From Saprolegnia diclina VS20 (taxonomy: Eukaryota), in NCBI RefSeq assembly GCF_000281045.1, contig NW_008246124.1, positions 245,629 to 309,628 of the forward strand: DNA of 64,000 nt, read 5' to 3'. Both the position numbers and the translations under genes were made by a program. The number at the start of each line of letters is the position of its first letter. The first letter of the stretch is position 1. The notes under the pieces were generated by a model. That model ran no database searches. It was not told where the DNA came from and saw only the letters and a program-made list of their open reading frames with translations. Shown here one piece after another: positions 1-10,527 of this stretch.

Positions 1-880
1 TGTCGCATGCCTAGATTACACTCGAGCTCTAAGGAGAGCTGTTTGGAATGTAACACAAGCACGCGTCGATGATGACCCTCGATGTGGTACTCAAAGCCGA
101 GAAGAGCGCCTCGGTCTTGTACCTATGGGCGCTGTGAAGCCACCAAGCCCTGCAGATGCTGGCACCAACAACACCATTCCTGCTACCACGCAGGGTGACC
201 TTCTTCAACTCTATGCAATAAAGCGCTGCATACTCACGAACCACCAGCCCGTTCGTGCGTTAGTGAAGTTGAAGCCAGTGAACCGCGTCGTGCGAGCAGC
301 AACCTCGTTTGTCAGCGCGCTAATCCTGGGCAGTTTCTCAACTTTTTTTTACGGTCGTCGGCAGCATCGTCACGACCGCCATGCTTTTGTTCTGGCTTCT
401 TTTTAGGGGCATCAAGTGGTACATCATAAAAGAGAACTTGTCCACGTTTGTGGTTCATAACGTGGTGATTGAAAATACCGGTATGGTGTATTTCGGTGAT
501 AAATGCGGTCGACAAAATGTTTGCAAGCGACCGAATGTTGCTCCTCTTGTTTGGTTGGTTGGAGCTTACGATTTGAGTCTCCCGCCAGCCTCGTCGAGCC
601 TTGGCACACCCGGCGTCGAGGAGGCATGGTCTTGGGCGAGATTCGTGGCAGTGAGGCACTGAGATTGTCTGGCTACCGGGACTTCTCAAATGACCGTCTA
701 TCTCAAAGATAATAGTATGATTGCGTTTCTCGATTGACCTCGATATGGGTGTGTCTGCGTCCGAGGCGGTATTGCAGGTTGCGGCAGCAAGGCTGTCATC
801 AGCTCCAGTCCCAGAACGGTTTCTCTTGTGTCTTGATAGTAAGTCATATGTAATATATACAACATGTGTTAGCAAGAACA

Positions 881-952
881 GCTCCTATGGTGTAATGGTT
901 AGCACTCTGGACTTTGAATCCAGCGATCCGGGTTCAAATCCCGGTAGGAGCT
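881..952 (+). tRNA. tRNA-Gln (anticodon TTG), copy 1
   Basis: 72 nt cloverleaf: acceptor GCTCCTA/TAGGAGC, anticodon arm CTGGA-CT-TTG-AA-TCCAG, T-loop GGTTCAAATCC; TTTT Pol III terminator follows. Confidence 0.97.
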
Positions 953-1378
953 CCTTTTATGAATATTTTCATCTTTATTCATCTTTGCATATTACTCTTC
1001 TATTGTATTAGTGTACTATCGAGGTGCCACTAGTAGCCCTAATAACCATCAAGGGATCCTTGCAAGAGAAAATATCTTCACTCGTCCATTCTGTCATCAT
1101 GACGTCCCACGTTTTAAACATGAGGTTTGGATTCTTGGCGACAGGTCTCGTCGCGTATCTCCGAAATGCCGTGCTCTATTGAATAGCCCTACTACTATGA
1201 ATATAGGAGCAACATCGAAGGGTTCTGCTCGGTACACCTGGATGTTTGTTTGCACAAGTGATATGATGATGAGGAAAAACAGTCGTCGTTCAAGCTGGAT
1301 AAAAGCGTTGTGCTACTTCATGTGGCGAGGTCCAAGCAGTGCAAAACTCTTGGTACTGTACATGGTGGATGAAAAAGG

Positions 1379-1450
1379 AGCTCCTACCGGGATTTGAACC
1401 CGGATCGCTGGATTCAAAGTCCAGAGTGCTAACCATTACACCATAGGAGC
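1379..1450 (-). tRNA. tRNA-Gln (TTG), copy 2
   Basis: Exact reverse complement of 881-952; T5 terminator on the minus strand. Confidence 0.97.
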
Positions 1451-1821
1451 GCTTTCTGCGCATTAAAGCGATAATATAATACCACTTACATAGCTCTAAT
1501 AGAGACTTTATCGACACACAAAACGCACAAAACGCTGCTACAACACAGACAAACATACGCAGCTTCTCGGCACGAGCAATATATCATTTCTTACTCTTAC
1601 ACCACATATGCACGAGCAAACGGCTCTCCGTTGGAGCCTTGTAGATATGGTGCACTTTTGCTGGTCAGTACCAAGAGCCAACTTTGCGCGCAGCTTGCAG
1701 CATTTGTCAAAGACGAGGGACTCCAGTCATTTCATTTTTGATGGCAATTCCGTCTGCCCCCAATTCGTGCGACCTTTTTCAGCGTTTCGGTGCGCTTTTG
1801 CCATCCTTTCTAGTATTCATT

Positions 1822-1865
1822 TGTCTATCGTTATTGCTAGTGTCTATCGTTATTGCTAGTGTCTA
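1822..1865. repeat. 19-bp tandem duplication (TGTCTATCGTTATTGCTAG x2.3)
   Basis: Two exact copies plus a partial third. Confidence 0.85.
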
Positions 1866-2334
1866 CGTATGCAAAGTATTTATAATGAAGATGACGCGAA
1901 ACCACTTAGAAAAAACGTTCATACATATAAATCGTAGCTTTCTCGGCCTGCCACGTCGTCCCATCTCGCTGACGATCTTGTGAAGCTTCAAGTTGCTGTG
2001 TTGAAGGACGCCATATCGGTGGACAACGTCTTTTCACGCACGAGCCTCGGACGTGGCGCCGATCCCTACAAAAGACTCGGGCCGTGTTGTTTTCGCAACG
2101 CTCAATGAGTCTGCCGTACGCAGCATTGACGACGAGTCAACTCCGTCTCATCAAAAGTGTGGTTGTCAGCGTTTCCCAAAAACACACAAACATCTGCAAC
2201 CACTGGGACACGCCAGACATGCTCTGCAAGAGCTTCTACAAGCAGCCGCAAAATATTGTCCTCCCGAGTGAACGCCCTGCAACTCGTTGCGGCGTGGGAA
2301 TGAGCAAGCATGAGACTGAAGGAATGAAAAAAGG

Positions 2335-2406
2335 AGCTCCTACCGGGATTTGAACCCGGATCGCTGGATTCAAAGTCCAGAGTGCTAACCATTACACCAT
2401 AGGAGC
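2335..2406 (-). tRNA. tRNA-Gln (TTG), copy 3
   Basis: Exact reverse complement of 881-952; T6 terminator on the minus strand. Confidence 0.97.
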
Positions 2407-3309
2407 AGACCTACATCTACCGGCGCTTGTACAGGTATCGTATGCATACGCAACAAAGCACAAACCTGTCATCGCACGCCACACGCAGAAAGAGCAACTG
2501 CGATATACTTCTTGCCTCCCAGCCTTATACAAGTTCTTTGGTATCCTGTATATACCCAAATACTGTTAATTTTTTCATCGCCTGCAGCTTTGTGCTTTGC
2601 ATGAGCTCATGGACAAGCTACCGACGATGCAGCGACAAGTCTTTCGACAAAACGAGCGCCTCGTAGCCGTCGCATCAAAACTGATAGCTTATCGCTGTCT
2701 ACATACTCGCATTGAGCATTCCACAATCATTGTACGGCGTGAGCAGTGAGCTGGTGAGCTGAGCCGTGCACAATAAAAATCTTTTTCCTCGCATTTTTCC
2801 ATTGGCCACAATAATCGAATTTATAGCCAATCCCGTGCGATCTAGCTGTGCCACGCCGCCGCTCGGTCGCTCGGTCGCCAAAGTGGCGAAAATATATGAG
2901 ATCGCCCATACGTCGCACAGCGGTAGACGACGTCATCGCGAGCACAAAATGCTACGTCCCGTCGCCATTGAAAACGTACCGCACGAGCTATCGACGACGC
3001 CGTTCTTGCGGCATGTGCCACATTTAGCAGCCATTTCGCGGCACCGCACTGCCACAAGCACGAGCGACGCGGCTCGACGCACACATGTGTCCTAGTGCAT
3101 GCTCGCAAGACCATACATGCGTGCTTCATGAAGGCGTCGACGATGGCCTGTGCAACCCATGGAAACCTCCCTGGAAAAGCATTGCATTATCCAATGTCCA
3201 TCTTGACAGCTCTAAAGTCCGCGATGATGAGGACGACAACAGTTGTCCTCTGCGCTAGAGACGCGCGTCGACACGAAAGGATACAAAACACAAGTGTATT
3301 ACTGTGCGT

Positions 3310-3963
3310 CTAGCCCGGCGGCAGCTTGGAGATGTCCATATCGTCGTCGTCGTTGTTGCCCACGTCGTCGTTGGCGCCTTGGAACGCAATCTCGACCGTC
3401 TTGTCCGTCACCGACATGACGCGATCCATCGCAATGACGCCGGACCGGTGGATCTCGACGATGCCCATGGGCTTGAGGAGCTCGAGGAAGGCCTCGATGC
3501 GGGGCGGTGTGCCCGCCAGCTGCACCATGACCTGCGCCGATGTCACGTCAACCACCTTGGCGTCAAAGAGACCCGCGAGCTCTGCAACTTCCGAGCGCGA
3601 GCCGGGAAGGTGTGTCGAGACCTTGGCGAGCATGAGGTCGCGCTCGATGACGTTTTCGCCCGCGGCTTCTTGGCCCGTGAGGATCTTGACGGCGGCGACC
3701 TGGACGACGTCCTCGAGCTGCTTTTTCATGTTCCAGACGTTCTGGTCCGTGCCATGCACGACGACGCTCATGCGCGAGAGCTCGGGCACGTCCGTGCGCC
3801 CGACGACGAGGCTGTCGATGTTGTAGCCGCGGGCCGCAAAGAGGTTGGCGATCTCGGCGAGGCAGCCCGTCTGGTTCACGACGAGGGCCGCGATGACGTG
3901 GCGCCGGCTCCGGCTCGAGCTCGTGAGCTCCGAGAAGCGTCGCACTGCACACCGCGCAAGCAT
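3310..3963 (-). CDS. ILV6: Acetolactate synthase (AHAS) small regulatory subunit with likely mitochondrial presequence
   Basis: ACT domain (LFAARGYNIDSLVVG, LSRMSVVV, KQLEDVV), IERDLMLAKV and EIHRSG motifs. Arg/Ser-rich N-terminus from ATG 3963; C-terminus DISKLPPG. Confidence 0.93.
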   Translation of the reverse strand: MLARCAVRRFSELTSSSRSRRHVIAALVVNQTGCLAEIANLFAARGYNIDSLVVGRTDVPELSRMSVVVHGTDQNVWNMKKQLEDVVQVAAVKILTGQEAAGENVIERDLMLAKVSTHLPGSRSEVAELAGLFDAKVVDVTSAQVMVQLAGTPPRIEAFLELLKPMGIVEIHRSGVIAMDRVMSVTDKTVEIAFQGANDDVGNNDDDDMDISKLPPG

Positions 3964-4371
3964 CTTTGCAAATGCCACTGGGGCGTTCGGCGACGGATAA
4001 ATTGTCCGGATACCGCGCCCCGACTTCAACGCGATTGCGCAATCTGCTGGCGGCCGCGGGAAGATTTGTGTGAGCGTCGGCGGCGATTGCGCAAATCGGT
4101 CGCCGCCTTGTGGCCACCGAGTCGCTTCGGCTGGCTCGCCACTGTTCCAGCTGACAGCGGCTGATGCAGCCAAAGATATACACCCTGACGCAACGTTGGT
4201 CATGCACTCTACTCGAACTATGCACGATGGAAGGAGACTTGCCAACGACCACGCAAGAGGGCCTGTACAATGCTACAGTTCTAGTCGCGGTGTCGAGTCA
4301 ATGACTGGACGGTCCACCTGAGACAACGCGCCACACGTTTCGACGGCAAAGGACTCGGGCACGGGTAGTCA

Positions 4372-4419
4372 CTCTGTCCAAGGGTATATAAGAGATCTCT
4401 TATATCCCCTTGCTCTGTC
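4372..4419. mobile_element. 34-bp near-perfect palindrome flanked by a 7-bp direct repeat (possible transposon footprint or minimal MITE)
   Basis: CTCTGTC(4372-4378)-CAAGGGTATATAAGAGATCTCTTATATCCCCTTG(4379-4412, one mismatch)-CTCTGTC(4413-4419). Confidence 0.45.
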
Positions 4420-4506
4420 GGTGCTGCAGCTTCAAAGATCAAGCAAGGTAGTACTATTATTTCAAGGTGGATACAATATGCAACAGAAGGGACTCGGCAA
4501 TGGTGT

Positions 4507-5094
4507 CTATGACCACATGGACGCGACCGCCGAGGCCAGCACCAGCGACGACGCCGCCGTCATCGTGGCCGAGCTCGACTTGGCCGCCGCCGGCGCAGGC
4601 GTCGCCTCCGCACTGGCCGTCGTGGCGGCGACGATCGTCACCTTGGGCGCCGGGTGCGCGGGGTCGGTGAGGTTGCCTTTGGCGTCGGGCACGGACGTCC
4701 ACGCGAGCGAGCCGTTGCTGGTCATCTGCGTGACGGGGAAGTAGAAGAAGGTGCCGACCGAGGCGTTGGGGAGCTTCATTTGGAGACCAAAGTCGGCGTA
4801 GAGGGAGTCTGGGAGCTCGCCACCGTACCACGTGACCGTGCTGAGCGTCTTGTTGGTGGCGTCCGTGTAGCCGAGCTCGACCTTCCAGCCGCCGACGAGC
4901 TGCGGCTTGACGGACGTGACCTTGTCCGGGATCTGGACCGAGACGTTGGTCGTGACCGCGCCCGGGTACGAGTGCGGGACACGGATCGACGTCACAAAGT
5001 AGCCGTTCGCGGGCGCCGTTGGCGGGTTGCACGTGACGTGGGCCGACGCCAGCGTGGCGAGCGAGAGCGTGAGGAAGGACGTGAGCGAGACCAT
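4507..5094 (-). CDS. Secreted, probably GPI-anchored YcnI/DUF1775-like copper-binding protein
   Basis: Signal peptide ending ASA followed by His-Val. Motifs RVPH, GWK, VTWYGG, F-G-L, FPVTQ, W and HPAPKVTI match the YcnI fold. Ala/Ser/Thr stalk and hydrophobic C-terminus. Confidence 0.85.
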   Translation of the reverse strand: MVSLTSFLTLSLATLASAHVTCNPPTAPANGYFVTSIRVPHSYPGAVTTNVSVQIPDKVTSVKPQLVGGWKVELGYTDATNKTLSTVTWYGGELPDSLYADFGLQMKLPNASVGTFFYFPVTQMTSNGSLAWTSVPDAKGNLTDPAHPAPKVTIVAATTASAEATPAPAAAKSSSATMTAASSLVLASAVASMWS

Positions 5095-5839
5095 CTTAGT
5101 CGTTCTTATTCTCGGAAAGAGGAAATGAAAAAGTGAGCTTCTGGCTACGAGCGACGATGGGCGACCGTCAAGCAGCCTCAACAAGTCGCCACCACATTTG
5201 CGCTACAATTGTTGACTCGAACATCTGGTGTGGATCGAAGTGCAAGATCGGTTGCCACGGTTGATACACTTGCGAGCCTCGGTGACCTGCTGAGAATGAT
5301 AGATTGCTGTGTTCAGCACGAGCTGCAGCTGCCGCGGCGCAGCTCAGAGGACGACAAGCGCACTGAGTATCGAGTAGTGAGCAGCTCAGCTCCCCACAGC
5401 CCTAATCCCTTATTTCTCCGGCAAAAAGCGACCCTTCCGCCTCTAGTTCGACCGCGACCCTTGATAGCAGCGCATACAACGAGCAGACGTTGAGGTGGTA
5501 TCCAGGTTAGATCCCTTCACCCATAAAGTTCGATGCAGGTCGCCTTCCAAAGAGCTCAACATCGAGTCAACAATTGCCCTCGAGTGGTCGGTAGATTCCT
5601 CGATGCAGTGGTCAGTCGAGGAAGATCAACGCTTTGCTTCAAGCCTTTGCATTTCGGTGGCTGGGAGCTCTTGCTCTCCCCCATTGGTTCGTACCCGTAG
5701 GAAGCTACAATACACTGTACTGGAACATGAGCGCTGCATGGTATGCGGAACCACTCTGTGGCGCATTGGTACCTCGTTCGAGACACTGTTTCACACGCTG
5801 TCAGGATATCGAAACGTTGTATTAAATAGCCGAGTCTTC

Positions 5840-8800
5840 TTACGCGATCGCGATTCCTGCGAGCTTGGCGGCGACGAGCGAAATCTGCTTGACGAGAAGT
5901 GGCGCCATGGGTAGCTTGCGGGCGCGCAGCACTGGCACGCAGAGCAGTTTGAGCACGACGGGAAGCTTGAGCGCCACGTCGCCTGTAGTGGGCGCCCAGT
6001 CTTTCAAGGGCGTCGAGTGCACTTGAAGAAAGTTGTAGGCGACAACGTCGCTCGGCGCTGTCCCGTGCGTATAGACGCTGCTTTTGACGCGCTGGTAAAA
6101 CGGGCAAAGGTCCTTGGCGTCCGCTAGCCGCGCGCACGCTTCTAAAAACTCGGAAAACCCAATTTTCTTCCACTCTTCCCCGTCGCCATTCGCGTCAAAC
6201 ACCTAATGATTTACTAGTATTCACCAAATCAGAATCTGCAAAACAGAATATAGACGAAAACAGAATCTACACCAAAAAACAGAATATACATCGAAACAAA
6301 ATACAGACACAATGCAAAACAGAATATACATGCAAAACAGAATATACATGCAAAACAGAATACTAGTATACATGCAAAACAGAATACATCGCCAGCAACT
6401 GAAATCCGCGAATCTGGACGCACCTCGGTTTCTTTGGCGCGCACCAGTGCGAGCTTGACGTCGCGCGTCGCGAGGCCTTCGTCGATGATCTGCGCTTGTT
6501 CGCAGAGGCTGAGAAACTCGGCGTAGCTGAGTCGCTTGCCGCGTCCGTCGCCGATGTCGATGGAGCCGGCGAAGAGGCCAAAGAGCTCCTTGAGCACGTA
6601 CAAGTGGTCCTTGAAGACGACGTCGAGCGCCGGCGTGTGGAGGGCTGCGCCGCGATAGGTCTGCGTGTCATGCCACGTCGCGCGCGTCACGTGCTGGTCG
6701 ATCATAAGCTGCACGGCGGCCACGATCGTCGGTGCGCGTTTGGATTTGAGAAATTTCGACGACGCGAGGGCGACGAGCGCCTCGAGAAACTGAAACCGAA
6801 ACAAGCTCCGGCGCGTGTTCCATTTGAGTTTCGGGCCGGACGAGCTCGCAGCGATAAAGCACATTTCGACTTCGGCGCGCGTGCACGTGTTCGTGTCGAC
6901 AATGTCGGCGTCGGTTAAAAAGTCAGCGAACGCATTCGAACCGAGCGTGAACGGGTCGGCGCCGCTAAGACATATTTGTATCAATGTATCAAAGAATCAA
7001 GTACCCGCTCGTGGCGTAGTGCCGGAACACGCCTTTGAGCAAGGCAAAATGGCTGCTTAGCACCGCCTTGAGCGCGTCGACGTGACCGGCTTCCTTGGCC
7101 ATTTTGGGCAGCTACAACGATTGGTGCAGAGCGCTAGAGAATGCGTGACGCGTACCCGTGACGTCGACCAGTCGACCTCGAACGCATCATTGAGCACGGA
7201 CGCCGTGTCTTGGTGGTAACTTGCAAAGACAGACTTGGGGAACCAGTCGTCGACGCGCCCTGGCGCTGGCGTCGCGAGTCGCGGGAGTGCCTTGGACCCG
7301 GACGCGTCGTCGCGAACGATCGAGACAGTATTGACAAGCGACTGGGACGGAAGCTCAAGGTCGCGTGGGCGGTTGCTGACGCCGCCCCACAGCCGGCTCT
7401 GGAATTGCGCTGTCACGTGCACATCGGTCGTGACGACGGCATCGTCGACGACAAAGAAGAACTGGGAGGTTCCTGGCGGCACCATGCGGAACACTTCCCA
7501 AACCGACGGTTCGATCGCGCTCGGGAAGAGGTGGTGTGGCTTCCAATAGTCAAACTCGGCGCGCAAAACGACGCTCTTGGGTCGTTGGCCACCTTGGCGC
7601 CAGACCAGCCTAAACAACACTTTTCGATTATAAAAATACAGAATTTGCCGACATACCGCGTCTCGACCCAGTGCTCGCAGAGCCAGCAGTTGGACCGCTT
7701 TTCCCATACAAACGGTCGGTCGACGTGGCTGTTGGCGCCGATGCGGGTAAAGATATGGGCGAGTGCAGGGTCATTCGGCGTCGCGTTTGGCAGCACAAAG
7801 CCGTACGCGTCAGCTTCTAAATCGTTGCCGGCCAGGTGCAGTCCCCGCAGCGTCTGGTTGGAGGCGAGCGCGGCGCCAAGGCTGTCGCAGTCGCCATTGC
7901 GCAGGCGGTTGTAGCTCACATCCAGATGCGTGAGGACCTTGTTGAGCTGCAGAGCGTCGCAGAGCGCGACAAGCGCCTCGGACGACGTGAGCGACCCGAA
8001 TGAATTCCACGACAGATCGAGCGTCCGCAAGGTCGCGCTATGCGATTGTTCAATGTGAAAAATGGATATAATGCGAGAAAATATGAATATAAAATCGAGA
8101 AGAATAATCGCACCAGTGCTGCAGACCGCGCGCGAGGTGGGCCGCCCCGGCGCCCCGAATCTTGTTCCACGAAAGGTGCAGCGACGTGAGCGCGAGCACG
8201 TACTTGAGCGCGCTTCCGAGCGCCATTGCACCTTGGTGGCCAATGTTGCACCGCCTATTTCCATTCAGCCAGGAGGCGTAGCAGTCAAACGTACGTGAGG
8301 TTGAGCGTCTGCAGCTGCGGCGAGTCGGCTAGCGCATTTGCCAGCAAAACGACGGGCTTGTCGCCGAGGAGGTTGTTTTCGAGGTTGAGCTCCAGCAGCG
8401 GCGAGTGCGACGCCGAGAGCAGCGGGAGAAGGTGCACGACGCCGCCGAGGCCGAGGTTGTTCCACGACAGGTCCAGCGCCTGCACCGAGCTTCGGAGGAG
8501 CGCCGGCGTGAGCTCGCTCATGCTGGCGGTCGTGAGTCGATTGCCCTGAAGAAAGCAGTCGGAACCTCAACGCCACCGTCGACGTTATTACGTGAAGGTT
8601 GAGGTTGGTGAGCGTCTCGATACTCGCCAAGCTCTCGGCGAGCGCGCCCACGAGCTGGTCGCCCATGCTGTACGAGCTATGGCACGACGCGCTGTTATAA
8701 AGCAAGGACGCTAGTTATGCGTACCCGAGGTGCAAGCGGCCGTTGCAGCATTTCTCACGCGCTTTTGCAATAATGGGCTCGGGCACCAGTTGTAGCTTGT

Positions 8801-9285
8801 GGCATTTGTCGGCAAACAGACTCGCGGGCGTGAGGGCCCTACAGAGGTCGAGTGACGCAGTGGTCTTTGCGAAGGAGGCTGCACCGCGGCGCCGCGGGTT
8901 CGTGCGAGAGGCGGCGGCTCACGTGACATTGCTGTTGACGGCTCTCTTCGCGCGACGACGGCGCGCTTTCTGGGTGGTCGAGTGGCACGACTTGGTTCTT
9001 GGCGTAGACGTGCTCGCTGGTCCTACCGCGCTGCTTTGACTCGGTCTCGGGGACCGCCACTGCGGGCGGTGTCTTGATTGGCGCTACGGCGGGCGGCGTC
9101 TTGTGCAGCATGAGCTCCATGAAGGTCGAGTTGGAGCGCTGGCGGTGCGGCCGGCGGCGGGCGACCGTTGGGACACCGGGCACGGTCGAGAAGAGCTCGG
9201 ACGCGTTGTCGTGATACGTCGACTTTTTCTCGCCATACGAGCGTAGGCCGAGCTTGACGGCCATCGCCGTCGCCTCGTCGCCCAT
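5840..9285 (-). CDS. Multi-exon leucine-rich-repeat (RNI-like) protein with a CBM48/AMPK-beta-like domain and C-terminal EF-hand-like region
   Basis: Consecutive minus-strand exons with LDLSWNNLG, LNLENNLLG, LDVSYNRL, LHLAGN; then SNCWLCEHW, RMVPPG..FFFVVD, RFQFLEALV, LSYAEFL, FSEFLEACARLA. Not all exon boundaries resolved. Confidence 0.8.
6229..6390. repeat. Degenerate 18-bp minisatellite (AAAACAGAATATACATGC) inside intron 6203-6423
   Basis: About 8 imperfect copies of a CAGAATA core within a 221-nt GT-AG intron. Confidence 0.85.
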
Positions 9286-9427
9286 GCGTGCACCTGCTTT
9301 TGCCACGTATAAATAGCCCGCAAACGACTCGTTACTAACAAGGCTGGACCAGCATGAGCCCTCCACAGCCTCCATACTCCGCCACGACGCGCAAGACAGA
9401 AAGGACAGAATGAGAGTTGTCGACTGA

Positions 9428-9835
9428 TCATAGGCAAACGAGTCGGTAGATGGCAACGGCGTTGAGACCGACGATGAGCGCGTAGCAGGCAAAGAGGAAG
9501 CCCGGCATCTTGGTCAGCGGCGGCGACGTGTCGAGGACCAGGATCGGCGGCGCCGTGGCCTCGTCGTCGAGGCATGCTACAACCTCCGCATGCTCGAGAG
9601 GGGCGGCGCGTTGGACGAGGGTGGCGAGGAAGGTGTTGACGCGCAGCACCTGTAGGTGGGACGGCTTGATCGGGGCACGGCAGACGGGACAGGCGAGCGC
9701 GCTGGTCGCCTTGTGTAGCCGACGGACGCAGCGCAGGTCGAACGAGTGGCCGCAGGCGAGCGTCGTCGGCGCCGTGAGCACGTCGAGGCAGATGGCGCAG
9801 AGGACGTCGTCGCGGTCGACCTCGACACGCACCAT
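9428..9835 (-). CDS. Small RING-finger protein with C-terminal transmembrane segment (putative E3 ligase)
   Basis: CAIC...CGHSFDLRC...CPVC; hydrophobic tail FLFACYALIVGLNAVAIY. Confidence 0.85.
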   Translation of the reverse strand: MVRVEVDRDDVLCAICLDVLTAPTTLACGHSFDLRCVRRLHKATSALACPVCRAPIKPSHLQVLRVNTFLATLVQRAAPLEHAEVVACLDDEATAPPILVLDTSPPLTKMPGFLFACYALIVGLNAVAIYRLVCL

Positions 9836-9888
9836 GGAGGATGAAAATGACAAGATCGAAGAAGAGAACGACGTTACGGGAGTACAGA

Positions 9889-10527
9889 TTAACAGGCCAT
9901 GGGGGGTGCGAGCTCGAGGATCGGCGCGAGGCTGCACTTGGAGTACCCGTGCTTCTTGGGAAGAGGTGGCTCGGTGAGCTGGAGCTGGCGCAGGAGGCAC
10001 GGGATGCGACCTTCGCGCTGGTCGCGGGGGGTGATGCTGAGGTAGCGGACTTGGCCGCTCGTGAAGAAGCGCTGGAGGAGCCAGTGCGCCTGCGTCGCCA
10101 CGAGCGTGCAGTTGCGGTAGAGCGGGTTGGCGCCGATCTTGAGGAGCGCCTCCATGTACGCGTGGAGGTCGATCGCGCGCTGCGAGAGCACGTCGTCGGT
10201 GTGGAAGAGCTTCTTGGCCGGGAACGGGAGCGCGCGCAGCTTGGCCGCGAGGCCCTTGCAGTAGTGGCAGTGGGGCGCGTCAAAGACGTCGTCGAGGTTG
10301 TCGCGCAGGTCGGCGACGACCGAGTAGCGGCGCTTGACCTCCCAGAGGCTGCGGCCGCGGCTGTCCTCGACGACGACCGCGTACTCGGTGTAGTCGCCGG
10401 CCTGCTGGGGCACGACGCAGTGGATGAGGTACCCCTTCATGCTCGTCGGCTTCATGGGCGTCGGCGCCGCCTTGGCGCTGCTGCTCTTCTCCGTCACGAT
10501 CCCGCGGCCCACGACATGGCGTATCAT
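9889..10527 (-). CDS. PX (Phox homology)-domain protein
   Basis: YTEYAVVV...WEVKRRYS...LPFPAKKLF...QRAIDLHAYMEALL pattern; strong codon bias. Confidence 0.8.
   Translation of the reverse strand: MIRHVVGRGIVTEKSSSAKAAPTPMKPTSMKGYLIHCVVPQQAGDYTEYAVVVEDSRGRSLWEVKRRYSVVADLRDNLDDVFDAPHCHYCKGLAAKLRALPFPAKKLFHTDDVLSQRAIDLHAYMEALLKIGANPLYRNCTLVATQAHWLLQRFFTSGQVRYLSITPRDQREGRIPCLLRQLQLTEPPLPKKHGYSKCSLAPILELAPPMAC

Noticed and set aside
312..875. 187-aa minus-strand ORF and other ORFs in 1-3300
   Set aside because: No recognisable motifs and lacking the strong codon bias of the real genes; cannot support a gene or TE call.
721..2392. Shared peptide MVSTLDFESSDPGSNPGRSSF in three ORFs
   Set aside because: It is the translation of the three tRNA-Gln copies, not a protein repeat.
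5399..5410. CCCTAATCCCT as a telomerase template or telomeric seed
   Set aside because: Not the expected TTAGGG/TTTAGGG register, and no supporting structure or terminator.
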